NCBI GenBank assembly: GCA_965242965.1
Contig: OZ251518.1
Location: 832,001 to 896,000, forward strand
Direction of reading: 5' to 3'
Source of the DNA: Candidatus Poribacteria bacterium
GTDB taxonomy: Bacteria; Poribacteria; WGA-4E; WGA-3G
Length of the DNA stretch: 64,000 bases
The notes under the pieces are model-generated. The model ran no database searches. It had not been told where the DNA came from and was given only the letters and a program-made list of their open reading frames with translations. How positions within the stretch are numbered: the first letter of the stretch is position 1; each line of letters opens with the position of its first letter. Below are positions 1 through 8,452 of the stretch, in pieces. The translations under genes were made by a program, and so were the position numbers.

Positions 1-360
1 CGCGAGCCGGCCCAACCCGTAGCGCGAGGGCCTGTCCCTCGCGATCTCGCGGAATCAGAGAACCTACGCGATCTCGCGGAATCAGAGAACCTACGCGATC
101 TCGCGGAATCAAAAAACCTATGGCTCCCCACGCGCGAACAACTCCTCGCGCTTTTGGCGGAGAAATTACCCTATCCAGAAACATCCATTTTTCGCCAAAC
201 TGCCGACGGATGGGAATACCAGACATGCCTACGCGAATGGGCATCAGATTACGGCACCTATATCGATGCACACCGCCGATTCGTCGGCACTTGCCCAGAA
301 ATGGTGCTGCTGCAGGCGTTAACCGCAACCCTCGGCATCGGCGAACGATGGATGGTGTAA
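1..360 (+). CDS. 3' part of a hypothetical protein running in from the left edge; contains an in-frame REP hairpin and 3x RDLAES(E/K)NL
   Basis: Frame +1 is open from base 1 (REPAQPVARGPVPRDLAESENLRDLAESENLRDLAESKNLWLPTREQLLALLAEKLPYP...) to TAA at 358-360, so it extends the 154..360 ORF. Confidence 0.6.
   Translation, partial: REPAQPVARGPVPRDLAESENLRDLAESENLRDLAESKNLWLPTREQLLALLAEKLPYPETSIFRQTADGWEYQTCLREWASDYGTYIDAHRRFVGTCPEMVLLQALTATLGIGERWMV
40..120 (+). repeat. 3 x 27-bp tandem repeat cgcgatctcgcggaatcagagaaccta
   Basis: Units at 40-66, 67-93 and 94-120; the first starts in the 3' arm of the REP at 19-45. Confidence 0.9.
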
Positions 361-383
361 GGACAGAAAAACGGAGGAACGCG

Positions 384-1091
384 ATGAACTTTGGAACCCT
401 ATTGACAACAATCCAAGAATACCAACAGGCACAAATACCGACTTTCGAGACATTAAATTCCCTCCTGAACGATACGTTCGGCGGCTGGCTGGCATCGCAA
501 GGCATTAGTCACCTCGCGCTGCTTCCGAAAGCCAGGCTCTGTCTCAACGTGACAGGCCAACTCCAAAACGCCGCGCAGATCGAAGGGATTGAATTATATC
601 AACGCTTTCTCATTGTCGCCTTGCGAGAAATTGCAGGGCCCGATGCAATTGCGGCGGCACTCACGCACTACGATTCCGATGGTGACGGTGCTTACGTCTG
701 GCTCATCCCGGACGGCTACATGGCGGCGTTAACCCCGGCCGAACAGGAGTGGGAACGAGATGGCGGCGGCTATTTCTCGCACGAATCCATCTGCATCTCC
801 AATACGTCAGACCGCGGGACCCGGTGTCTGTTAGAGGTGCTTTATGAGGATACGTCCATCGCAAACGTTTCTTGCGAGTTTGACGTGCCGGCGCACCGGT
901 CCGTGCATTATCGCTTGGATAAACTGCAGGACGACAGCGGCGCACCGCTCATCGCGAAAGACGCGCCGGTCAGTTACAAAATCACGAGTCGCTACGCGCG
1001 CATTGTCGTCCAAGGCTCACGCATCCTGACTAGCGGCGAAAATAGCGCGTTCGCCAGTTTCGGCACCGTCATGGCATGGTGCCCGCAATAA
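384..1091 (+). CDS. Protein with C-terminal Anabaena sensory rhodopsin transducer (ASRT)-like domain
   Basis: GGAGG RBS at 373-377, ATG at 384. WLIPDGY...SHESICISN...VPAHRSVHYRLDKL...IVVQGSR matches the ASRT pattern. Confidence 0.75.
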   Translation: MNFGTLLTTIQEYQQAQIPTFETLNSLLNDTFGGWLASQGISHLALLPKARLCLNVTGQLQNAAQIEGIELYQRFLIVALREIAGPDAIAAALTHYDSDGDGAYVWLIPDGYMAALTPAEQEWERDGGGYFSHESICISNTSDRGTRCLLEVLYEDTSIANVSCEFDVPAHRSVHYRLDKLQDDSGAPLIAKDAPVSYKITSRYARIVVQGSRILTSGENSAFASFGTVMAWCPQ

Positions 1092-1112
1092 AGAAGAGAG
1101 GAGAACGAACTG

Positions 1113-1706
1113 ATGAAAATTCATGACGAGTCGGCGTTTGAGGCGGCATGCAAGCACTTTGACGAAGGCACCGCGAAAGTAGACCGGCTGCAATTTGACG
1201 AGGCTGTTGAAGACTTCAACGAGGCGATCCGATTAGCACCGGACTTCGCCGAGGCATACCATAACCGCGGCGTTGTGTTGGCAAAAACAGGACAATCGGA
1301 AGCGGCGATATCGGACTTTACCGAGGCAATCCGATCGAACCCTGTGCAAGCCATTTCCTACAGCAATCGAGGGTTTGAACGAGCGAACCTCGGGCAATTC
1401 CAAGAAGCTGTTGACGATTACGACATCGCCATCACCTTGGCACCCGATGTGACTGACAACTATGGCAAACGCGGATTTGCAAAGGCTGCCCTCGGACAAA
1501 CGGAAGCCGCCATTGAAGATTTCGACGAGGTCCTCCGTCGGAATCCCGATGATCTTGGCGCGTATGGCGGCCGCGGCCTTGCGAAGGCGATACTCGGCCA
1601 CATCACGGAAGCGAAGCAGGATATCCAAAAGGCATTGAAACTCGCCGAAGGCGGGGACCCGAGAGTTATCGCCGCTCTTCAGCAAACCCTCTCTGGTCTT
1701 GGTTAA
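1113..1706 (+). CDS. Tetratricopeptide repeat protein
   Basis: 34-aa repeats of type AYHNRG...EAAISDFTEAIRxNP. Confidence 0.9.
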   Translation: MKIHDESAFEAACKHFDEGTAKVDRLQFDEAVEDFNEAIRLAPDFAEAYHNRGVVLAKTGQSEAAISDFTEAIRSNPVQAISYSNRGFERANLGQFQEAVDDYDIAITLAPDVTDNYGKRGFAKAALGQTEAAIEDFDEVLRRNPDDLGAYGGRGLAKAILGHITEAKQDIQKALKLAEGGDPRVIAALQQTLSGLG

Positions 1707-1728
1707 GCAGTGAGAATTACCCTCTTTC

Positions 1729-1980
1729 GGTCCGTAGGACCTTAATGTCTATAGCACGTCCGCATTAACCGTAGCGCGAGGGCCTGTCCCTCGCGATCTA
1801 GTATTCTTCTTTCACCGTAGACCGTTTCGGGATCAGGCGATCCCGAACTACTTTATTAACCCGTAGCGCGAGGGCCTGTCCCTCGCGATCTAGCATTCTT
1901 CTTTCACCGTAGCGCGAGGGCCTGTCCCTCGCGATTGCCGCTTATTAACCCGTAGTGCGAGGGCCTGTCCCTCGCAATCG
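1729..1980. repeat. Intergenic REP-like cluster (one family D half-site, four family A, one family B)
   Basis: ggtccgtaggaccttaatgtctatag, gtagcgcgagggcctgtccctcgcga x4 and ttcgggatcaggcgatcccgaactac. Confidence 0.9.
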
Positions 1981-2003
1981 CCCGATCCGACAAGGAGACT
2001 CAA

Positions 2004-3470
2004 ATGAACCCAAAAACCCAATTCCCGCGGAAACGACTCCCTTACCTCACCGTCGCCGCCCTGTTCCTCTTCTCCATAACAACCGTTGCATCTGCCTTAA
2101 CCACGGAACAGATTGCCAAAAAAGCGTTAGCCGCCACTGTCTATTTAGAGATGAAAAATAGCACCGGCACGACACTCGGTTTTGGCAGCGGCTTCTTCGT
2201 CAAACCGGACCAGATTGCCACCAATTTCCACGTCATTGAAGGCGCAGCGCGAGGCACAGCGAAGTTAGTCGGCAAATACGCGCGGTATCAAATCGAAGGC
2301 ATCATCGCCACCGATAAGGACAACGATCTCGCCGTTCTGAAAGTCACCGCGTATGGTATCCCCCCGTTGTCCCTCGGCGATAGCGATACCGTGAATATCG
2401 GCGCGAAGGTTTACGTCGCCGGCAACCCGAAAGGACTAGAAGGGACATTCTCTGATGGCCTCATCAGCCGCCGCGAGCGTTATCCCAAAAAGCGGCTCCA
2501 GATGACAGCACCGATTTCGCCGGGGAGTAGCGGCGGGCCCGTGCTGAATAGCAAGGGACAGGTTATCGGGATTTCAGTTTCTGTCCATCGTGCCCTTGAC
2601 GCGCAGAACCTGAATTTTGCGATTCCATCAAATTACCTGAAGGTGCTGTTGGCAAAGGCGCGTCCTGCCAAACCTTTGTCGAAGAATAGCCCATCCATAT
2701 CTGCGGAGACCTACTTCCTTCGCGGGAATGCGAAAGATGAGTTGGGGTTGTATCATGCCGCCATTTCTGATTACGATGAGGCTATCCGCCTCAAACCTAA
2801 CTATGCCGGTGCTTACAACAACCGGGGACATGCGAAAGCGGCATTAGGCGAATACTTTCCCGCTATTGCTGATTATGATATGACTATCCGCCTCAAGCCA
2901 GATGATGTCAATGCCTACTTCAATAGGGGAATTGCGAAGTATGCTCTGGAGCAATATGAGGCCGCGATTGCGGATTATACGGCGGGTATCCGTCTCAAAC
3001 CTGATTATGCCTTTGCCTACTACATGCGGGGACATGTGAAGTATGATCTGAAGCGATATGAGGCCGCTATTGCGGATTATGACGTGGCTATCCGCCTCAG
3101 ACCTGATTATGCCGGTGCCTACTACAATCGGGGACATGCGAAGTATAGTCTGAAGCAATACTTCCGTGCCATCTCTGATTATGATATGGCAATTCGCCTC
3201 AACCCCGACTATGCCAATGCCTACGTCTATCGGGGACATGCGAAGCGTGATCTGAAGCAATATGAGGCCGCTATTGCGGATTATGATATAGCGATTCTTC
3301 TCAAACCCGACTATGCCGATGCCTACTACATGCGGGGATTTGCGAAGGCCCTGCTCAAGCGGACTTGGGAGGCGAAGCAGGATTTTCGGACTGCATGGGG
3401 ACTCGCGGAAAAGGCGGGCGATGAGAGCCTTAAAGCCCACATTGAGGAAACTCTTCGGCTTCTTGAATAG
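2004..3470 (+). CDS. Secreted trypsin-like serine protease with C-terminal TPR repeats
   Basis: Signal peptide, catalytic triad motifs TNFHV / DLAVL / ISPGSSGGP, then about 7 TPRs. Confidence 0.92.
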   Translation: MNPKTQFPRKRLPYLTVAALFLFSITTVASALTTEQIAKKALAATVYLEMKNSTGTTLGFGSGFFVKPDQIATNFHVIEGAARGTAKLVGKYARYQIEGIIATDKDNDLAVLKVTAYGIPPLSLGDSDTVNIGAKVYVAGNPKGLEGTFSDGLISRRERYPKKRLQMTAPISPGSSGGPVLNSKGQVIGISVSVHRALDAQNLNFAIPSNYLKVLLAKARPAKPLSKNSPSISAETYFLRGNAKDELGLYHAAISDYDEAIRLKPNYAGAYNNRGHAKAALGEYFPAIADYDMTIRLKPDDVNAYFNRGIAKYALEQYEAAIADYTAGIRLKPDYAFAYYMRGHVKYDLKRYEAAIADYDVAIRLRPDYAGAYYNRGHAKYSLKQYFRAISDYDMAIRLNPDYANAYVYRGHAKRDLKQYEAAIADYDIAILLKPDYADAYYMRGFAKALLKRTWEAKQDFRTAWGLAEKAGDESLKAHIEETLRLLE

Positions 3471-3510
3471 TCACATTTTCTCGCGCAAAAATGCCTGCAG
3501 CAAAATTAAT

Positions 3511-3540
3511 TTGACATGAAAGCGCGAAATGTGGTATCCT
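3511..3540 (+). promoter_or_regulatory. sigma70-type promoter for the Thoeris operon
   Basis: TTGACA-18 nt-TATCCT with extended -10 TG. Confidence 0.6.
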
Positions 3541-3760
3541 ATTTGCAATGCAGTGGTTAATTCCTTTGAGCATCCGCAACCGATTCGCGGTTGCGGATGG
3601 ACATTGCATCCGGAAATTTGCGACCGCGAAGCCGGAAGAACCAGATACGGGTAGTTTTCACATTTTCCTCTCTAAAAATCCTTTTCTGTGCTAAAATGGT
3701 TTGCACAGACTGATATCAAGGAATTAACTGAAACCATCTTCAAACCTAGCAGGTGGAGTT

Positions 3761-4342
3761 ATGAGTACCGACAAGAAATTCCACGTTTGCTTCGACGGTG
3801 TTAATGATTTTCATTACTACCGGATGATGCAAGAATGGAAGCGAAACCACTACCTGAGATTTGATTTTCACCACTCACGTGGCTTCGGTGGTGAAAACCC
3901 CTGGGAAACGGCTAAGTCCGGCCGAGTAAAGTCAATTCGTCCGGATGAACCCTTCGTCGTTTTGATTGGGGAAAGCACGCGCTATCTCCGTTTTGTGGAT
4001 TGGGAGATAAGACAGGCATTGGAACAACACGTGCCCATAATCGGGGTGAACTTGAACGGCCTGAGATTCCAAGACCTCGATCGGTGTCCCGATATTCTTC
4101 ACGGCAAACTAGCTGTTCACATCAGCTTTAACGCCCTTATCTTGCAGCATGCTTTGGAGACTTGGCCAGGGCATCACGACAGATTGCGGGAACAAGGGAA
4201 ATCGGGGCCCTACTACTACAACCAAAGCCACTACGAGAAATTAGGCATAGGACGGACGCAGAACGAATCCCGTGGGCGCGGTGACAAACCGCGTAATCCT
4301 GCACGTGCGTGGTTTCAAACCGAGTCTACCAGGGGGAAATGA
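3761..4342 (+). CDS. thsB: Thoeris ThsB-like TIR-domain protein
   Basis: VCFDGVNDFHYYRMMQEW, FVVLIGE, FVDWEIRQA (catalytic Glu), PIIGVNLNG, GPYYY; adjacent to a TM-Macro gene. Confidence 0.85.
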   Translation: MSTDKKFHVCFDGVNDFHYYRMMQEWKRNHYLRFDFHHSRGFGGENPWETAKSGRVKSIRPDEPFVVLIGESTRYLRFVDWEIRQALEQHVPIIGVNLNGLRFQDLDRCPDILHGKLAVHISFNALILQHALETWPGHHDRLREQGKSGPYYYNQSHYEKLGIGRTQNESRGRGDKPRNPARAWFQTESTRGK

Positions 4343-5319
4343 GGACATTTGCGCAGGTCCTAAGTTCTATGAAACCACGTATGAAATTACCCCTTATGTT
4401 CACTAAGGACCTCCGCCGCTCCATGCTGGCTGGGGGCGTAAAAATTTTCCTCACGGTTTGTGGCGGACTTTGGTGCTTAGTTGAAGTTCCCGCTTTCTTC
4501 TTTCCCAAGCATTTGGAATGGGCACAAGGAAACTTATGGGCGTTTTGCGGATACGTTGTATTTGCCCTAGTTGTAGTTATCTTTAAGGTTCGGCAACAAG
4601 CGAACGCTATGCTTTCGGTTCGTGAGAACTTGGAAGGAAAAGACTGTTCAATAGAAATTCAAGTCGGTGATATTTTCAAAGTGAAGGAGAAAAGTGATTT
4701 TATCATTGGCACGAATACGGACTTTGACACCGATATGTCCGACGGCCCGATCTCAAAGGACAGTTTGCAAGGGCAGTTCACAACAAAGTACTACGCCGGA
4801 AGGGAACAACACCTATATCGGGATTTGGAAGCCTCCTTGGCGGCCGAAAAGCACCCTCTTGTCGAAAATACGCATCGGCAAACCAAACGTTACGAGTTTG
4901 GCACTGTGGCTGAGGTGTCTGCTGACGATCGAGAGGTTTACTTCGTTGCCATTGACGAGTTGGACAAACAGGGAGTTGTCACTAGTTCACTCGAAAATGT
5001 CAGACAGAGTCTCTCAGAACTTTGGGGGTACATCGGCGACTATGGTGAAGTCGGGGAACTTGTCATCCCTATCTTGGGCACAAGAGGGGCTAAGATTCAG
5101 GTTCCGCGAGAGGTTATGATTATCGAAATTATTAATTCCTTTATCAAGGCTACGTATTTAGGAAAGACAATCTGCGAACGCCTGAAAATTGTTGTTTATG
5201 AGGAAGACTATCGAAATCATAACATAGATTTGAACAAATTGCGGAGTTACCTCCACGTTCACGCGACACCGAAACGATGGCAAGCTGAGGAATACGAAGT
5301 GCCTGGGAAATCTGTCTAA
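4339..5319 (+). CDS. thsA: Thoeris type II ThsA-like effector (2 TM helices + Macro domain)
   Basis: ATGA overlap with the thsB stop, two hydrophobic helices, IEIQVGDIF, IGTNTDFDT, SLQGQF, IPILGT. Confidence 0.8.
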   Translation: MRTFAQVLSSMKPRMKLPLMFTKDLRRSMLAGGVKIFLTVCGGLWCLVEVPAFFFPKHLEWAQGNLWAFCGYVVFALVVVIFKVRQQANAMLSVRENLEGKDCSIEIQVGDIFKVKEKSDFIIGTNTDFDTDMSDGPISKDSLQGQFTTKYYAGREQHLYRDLEASLAAEKHPLVENTHRQTKRYEFGTVAEVSADDREVYFVAIDELDKQGVVTSSLENVRQSLSELWGYIGDYGEVGELVIPILGTRGAKIQVPREVMIIEIINSFIKATYLGKTICERLKIVVYEEDYRNHNIDLNKLRSYLHVHATPKRWQAEEYEVPGKSV

Positions 5320-5337
5320 ACCAGAAATCCACAGCAC

Positions 5338-8088
5338 CTACCTCTTCGGATTCCAAAACGCGCAAATCATCGCGGTAATCGGAATCGCCAACACCAATCC
5401 TAACGTCCCGGCCAACAACCGCACAATCTCCGCGGACACCACGCCAATGCTCAATAACTGCGCCGGCGGCGACTTGAAAAAGTCTAGGTTCGGCGCAGCG
5501 ATTGTGATGACCAGCAGTAACTCTACGCCGAGATACGCAAATACTAACGTGTTTACCATCGTGCCCAGGATATCCGTGCCGACGTTAAGGCCTGAGGCGA
5601 TGAGCCGCCACGTCGGCATGTTCGGATTCGCACGCCGAATCTCTTCCATGCTGGATGCCACCTCAATCGCGCCATCAACTGCCACGCCTAATACGCCCAT
5701 CAACATCCCTGCCAACAGAATCTGCACGAAGTCAAACGGCGGCGTGCGCGTCGCTTCGACGATGTCCGCCGAAATGGCGTTCTCTAACCCAGAAAAGTGG
5801 AGGTGCTGCTGCGCGTAGAGGACGATGAGCCCGGCGACAAGAATGCCGCCCATCGTGCCTAGCACTGCCGAAAACGTTTTTCGGCTCGGACCGATGACGA
5901 AAACAAGTGAGACGAACGCAATCACGCCAGAAGTCAGCGTCACGATAAACACGGCGTTCGCGCCTTGCGAAATGAGCGGCAGCATGAAGAAGTAGATAAC
6001 CGTCGCGGAGATGAGCATGGCGCACGCGGTGCGGATGCCCTCAATTCTGCCGACGATAATGATGAGCAGTAACATCCCGCCTACCATCCATACCAAAAAC
6101 CCATCGCGCCCGTATTCTTGGACGATATTGACAAGACCGACTCGCTCGGGGTCTCCCCCAACGCGGCACAGCACGATGTCCCCGGGCTCCGCAGGGATAC
6201 TCAGCAACGGCATGTTATGATTGACGATGTTTCGCAGGACGAGGCGTTGTCCTTGATACATGCCGCTCAGCATTTCGACTTCAAGGATATGATGCTCGGT
6301 TTTGGTGTCGTAAACGTGTAGGGAGCGAGGAACAGAAGGGTCTGGGGAGATCGAGGGTTCGCGAGGGACAGAGAGGTCTGGTGAGACCGAGGAGTCGCGA
6401 GGGACAGGCCCTCGCGCTACGGTATCAGGCGTGGTAGGGACAGGTCCGCGCGCTGCGGGATTGGGTGTGGTGCGGATGCTGTAGGTCTGCTCGTATTTTA
6501 CATCGGAGATGAGCCAGCGGCTGTCTTTCCACGGCTTAATCGAAACTATAACCTCCTCGGAAATAGGGATGTTGTGTTTTTCAAACGCCTCGCGCAAAGC
6601 AGGTGGAAAGACGCTGTTGTCTAAATCGGCAGTGACAGAATCAGGCGATTCCGTTCTATTATCAACGGTAAACAGGAAATCGCCACTGGATTCCAGCAGT
6701 CGGATGACCTTGCCTTTCGCATATTCCGACTGCGTGAGGATGCCTCCCTGTTCGTCGCGCTGTTCGCTGATTGTGGCGGCGTTGCGTTGGACGCGTTGAT
6801 AGACAAAAGTTGTGCCGACTAGCACCAGCACCATCGCGATGGGCACGGCGATGCGGGATGCACTGCGCGGGTTCTCGGCACGGAACAGTTCCTCTAATTC
6901 CTCCTCTGAAGGCAGGTCTTCGTGAATTTCGGTTCTGTCCACTTTGGCGTATTGGGTGAGGAATCCGGCGATTGTCGCCGCGATCGGCACGGTCAGCACC
7001 AATCCAATCGTGCCGACAACGGCTTGGATAATGGCCACCGAAGTCGCTTCGTCATTGACAAGTCTGAGGAACGGATAGAGGGTGCCTGCTTCTGGGAATT
7101 CGATGCGCGGGAGGAGCATCGTCATCATGTGCGCGCCGAGGTAGGCGAAGATGAGCGTATCTGCCATCGTCCCCATAATATCGCGTCCGACGTTCAACCC
7201 CGCACGAATAGATTGCCGCACCGTGATATTCGGGTTAACCTGTTTGACTTCGTGCACGCTTGAGGAGATGGACATGCTCACGTCCATCATCGCGCCGACG
7301 GCACCGAGGATGATGCCTGCGGAGAGGATGCCGGTGAAATTCCAGTGATGCGATTCGGGTGTCCGCCACAGCGCGATGCCGAGTTCAAGAAAGCCAAACT
7401 CTTGCGCAAGCCCAGTCAGCACCAATGCGTGTTGGCTGATAACGGATAGCACGCCTACTGCCGCCAAACCGCCGAGTGTGCCTAGCACCCCAGAAACGAC
7501 TTTGAAACTGAACCCGGTAATCAAGACGAATGTCGTCAACGTCAACAGCGCGGCGATGCCGAGCGCGATGGCGATGGGGTTGTAACCGGCGATAGTCATC
7601 GGGACGAGCAGGTAAAGCACGGTGAGCGCGGTGACGAAAAGCGTCAAAATTGCGCGCACGCCTTTCATCCCGGCGACGAGAATCATCAGCACGCCGAGCG
7701 CGCCCGCGAGATAAAGCAGGAAGGGGGTCCGGAAATACTCGCGCATTCGGACATTGTCAAGCGTCGGATTGCTCGGGTCGCGGAGGGGGATATCGAGGAA
7801 CAGCACATCGCCGCGGCTGAGCACCCGGTCTCCGAAGGCGCGCCCTGTCCAGATGTTATTTACCGCGACTGTCTCGCCGCGAAACTGCCCGGAGAGGATG
7901 CGGAACGTTAACACCTGGTCTGCCTCATCGCTGGTATCTATCGCAACGACGCGGCCGAGGCAGACGAGCACCTGCAAGGCACCGTCGTGTGTAATTTCTG
8001 CGAACCGATAGAGTCTGACATGCAACACGGCAACGCTGAGCAGAATGAGCAGGATGCTGATGATTTTGATTGTTTTTGTTGATGCCAT
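5338..8088 (-). CDS. Tandem YibE/F-family membrane protein with a REP-derived insertion
   Basis: Two YibE/F-type domains (GAVGAMMDVSMSISS...GRDIMGTMADTLIFAY and GVLGVAVDGAIEVASS...GTDILGTMVNTLVFAY). Confidence 0.85.
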   Translation of the reverse strand: MASTKTIKIISILLILLSVAVLHVRLYRFAEITHDGALQVLVCLGRVVAIDTSDEADQVLTFRILSGQFRGETVAVNNIWTGRAFGDRVLSRGDVLFLDIPLRDPSNPTLDNVRMREYFRTPFLLYLAGALGVLMILVAGMKGVRAILTLFVTALTVLYLLVPMTIAGYNPIAIALGIAALLTLTTFVLITGFSFKVVSGVLGTLGGLAAVGVLSVISQHALVLTGLAQEFGFLELGIALWRTPESHHWNFTGILSAGIILGAVGAMMDVSMSISSSVHEVKQVNPNITVRQSIRAGLNVGRDIMGTMADTLIFAYLGAHMMTMLLPRIEFPEAGTLYPFLRLVNDEATSVAIIQAVVGTIGLVLTVPIAATIAGFLTQYAKVDRTEIHEDLPSEEELEELFRAENPRSASRIAVPIAMVLVLVGTTFVYQRVQRNAATISEQRDEQGGILTQSEYAKGKVIRLLESSGDFLFTVDNRTESPDSVTADLDNSVFPPALREAFEKHNIPISEEVIVSIKPWKDSRWLISDVKYEQTYSIRTTPNPAARGPVPTTPDTVARGPVPRDSSVSPDLSVPREPSISPDPSVPRSLHVYDTKTEHHILEVEMLSGMYQGQRLVLRNIVNHNMPLLSIPAEPGDIVLCRVGGDPERVGLVNIVQEYGRDGFLVWMVGGMLLLIIIVGRIEGIRTACAMLISATVIYFFMLPLISQGANAVFIVTLTSGVIAFVSLVFVIGPSRKTFSAVLGTMGGILVAGLIVLYAQQHLHFSGLENAISADIVEATRTPPFDFVQILLAGMLMGVLGVAVDGAIEVASSMEEIRRANPNMPTWRLIASGLNVGTDILGTMVNTLVFAYLGVELLLVITIAAPNLDFFKSPPAQLLSIGVVSAEIVRLLAGTLGLVLAIPITAMICAFWNPKR

Positions 8089-8166
8089 GGCGTTTCTCCA
8101 GTCATGCCGTATCACTTACGGTTGTGTTTCAGAACGAGTCAGTTCACGTATCTTCTGTTTTTTCTT

Positions 8167-8182
8167 TGCAAATAATATGCCA
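8167..8182 (-). promoter_or_regulatory. Putative sigma54 (-24/-12) promoter
   Basis: Minus strand TGGCATA-TTAT-TTGCA upstream of the YibE/F gene. Confidence 0.6.
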
Positions 8183-8274
8183 ACGAAAAACGGGTTCAGG
8201 AGCCTTATTTGCACGATTTCGGGCAAAACGCCAGATGCAAAAGCACAAATTCGGGCAAAAATCCCATTCTCCTC

Positions 8275-8425
8275 ACCGTAGCGCGAGGGCCTGTCCCTCG
8301 CCATTTTGTTGCAAAAACCCTGTTGCGATCAGGCGATCGCAACCTACAGAAAGAGAAGCCTGTGCCTTGCGATCCCTCGACCGCCCCGCGGCCCGTAGCG
8401 CGAGGGCCTGTCCCTCGCGATCTCG
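8275..8425. repeat. REP-like cluster (families A and B)
   Basis: gtagcgcgagggcctgtccctcgc x2 and ttgcgatcaggcgatcgcaacctac. Confidence 0.85.
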
Positions 8426-8452
8426 CGACCGCTCCTCCCTCACCATTTCGCC

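Noticed and set aside
120-383. N-terminal extension of the 323-aa ORF
   Set aside because: It overlaps the upstream ORF; a good RBS and ATG at 384 give a better start. Extensions of rsmA, the Gfo/Idh/MocA gene and receptor 1 that run into REP clusters were trimmed in the same way.
1113-5319. TPR, protease-TPR and Thoeris genes as one defence system
   Set aside because: The protease has a signal peptide, a REP cluster and a separate promoter divide the genes, and base composition appears to differ.
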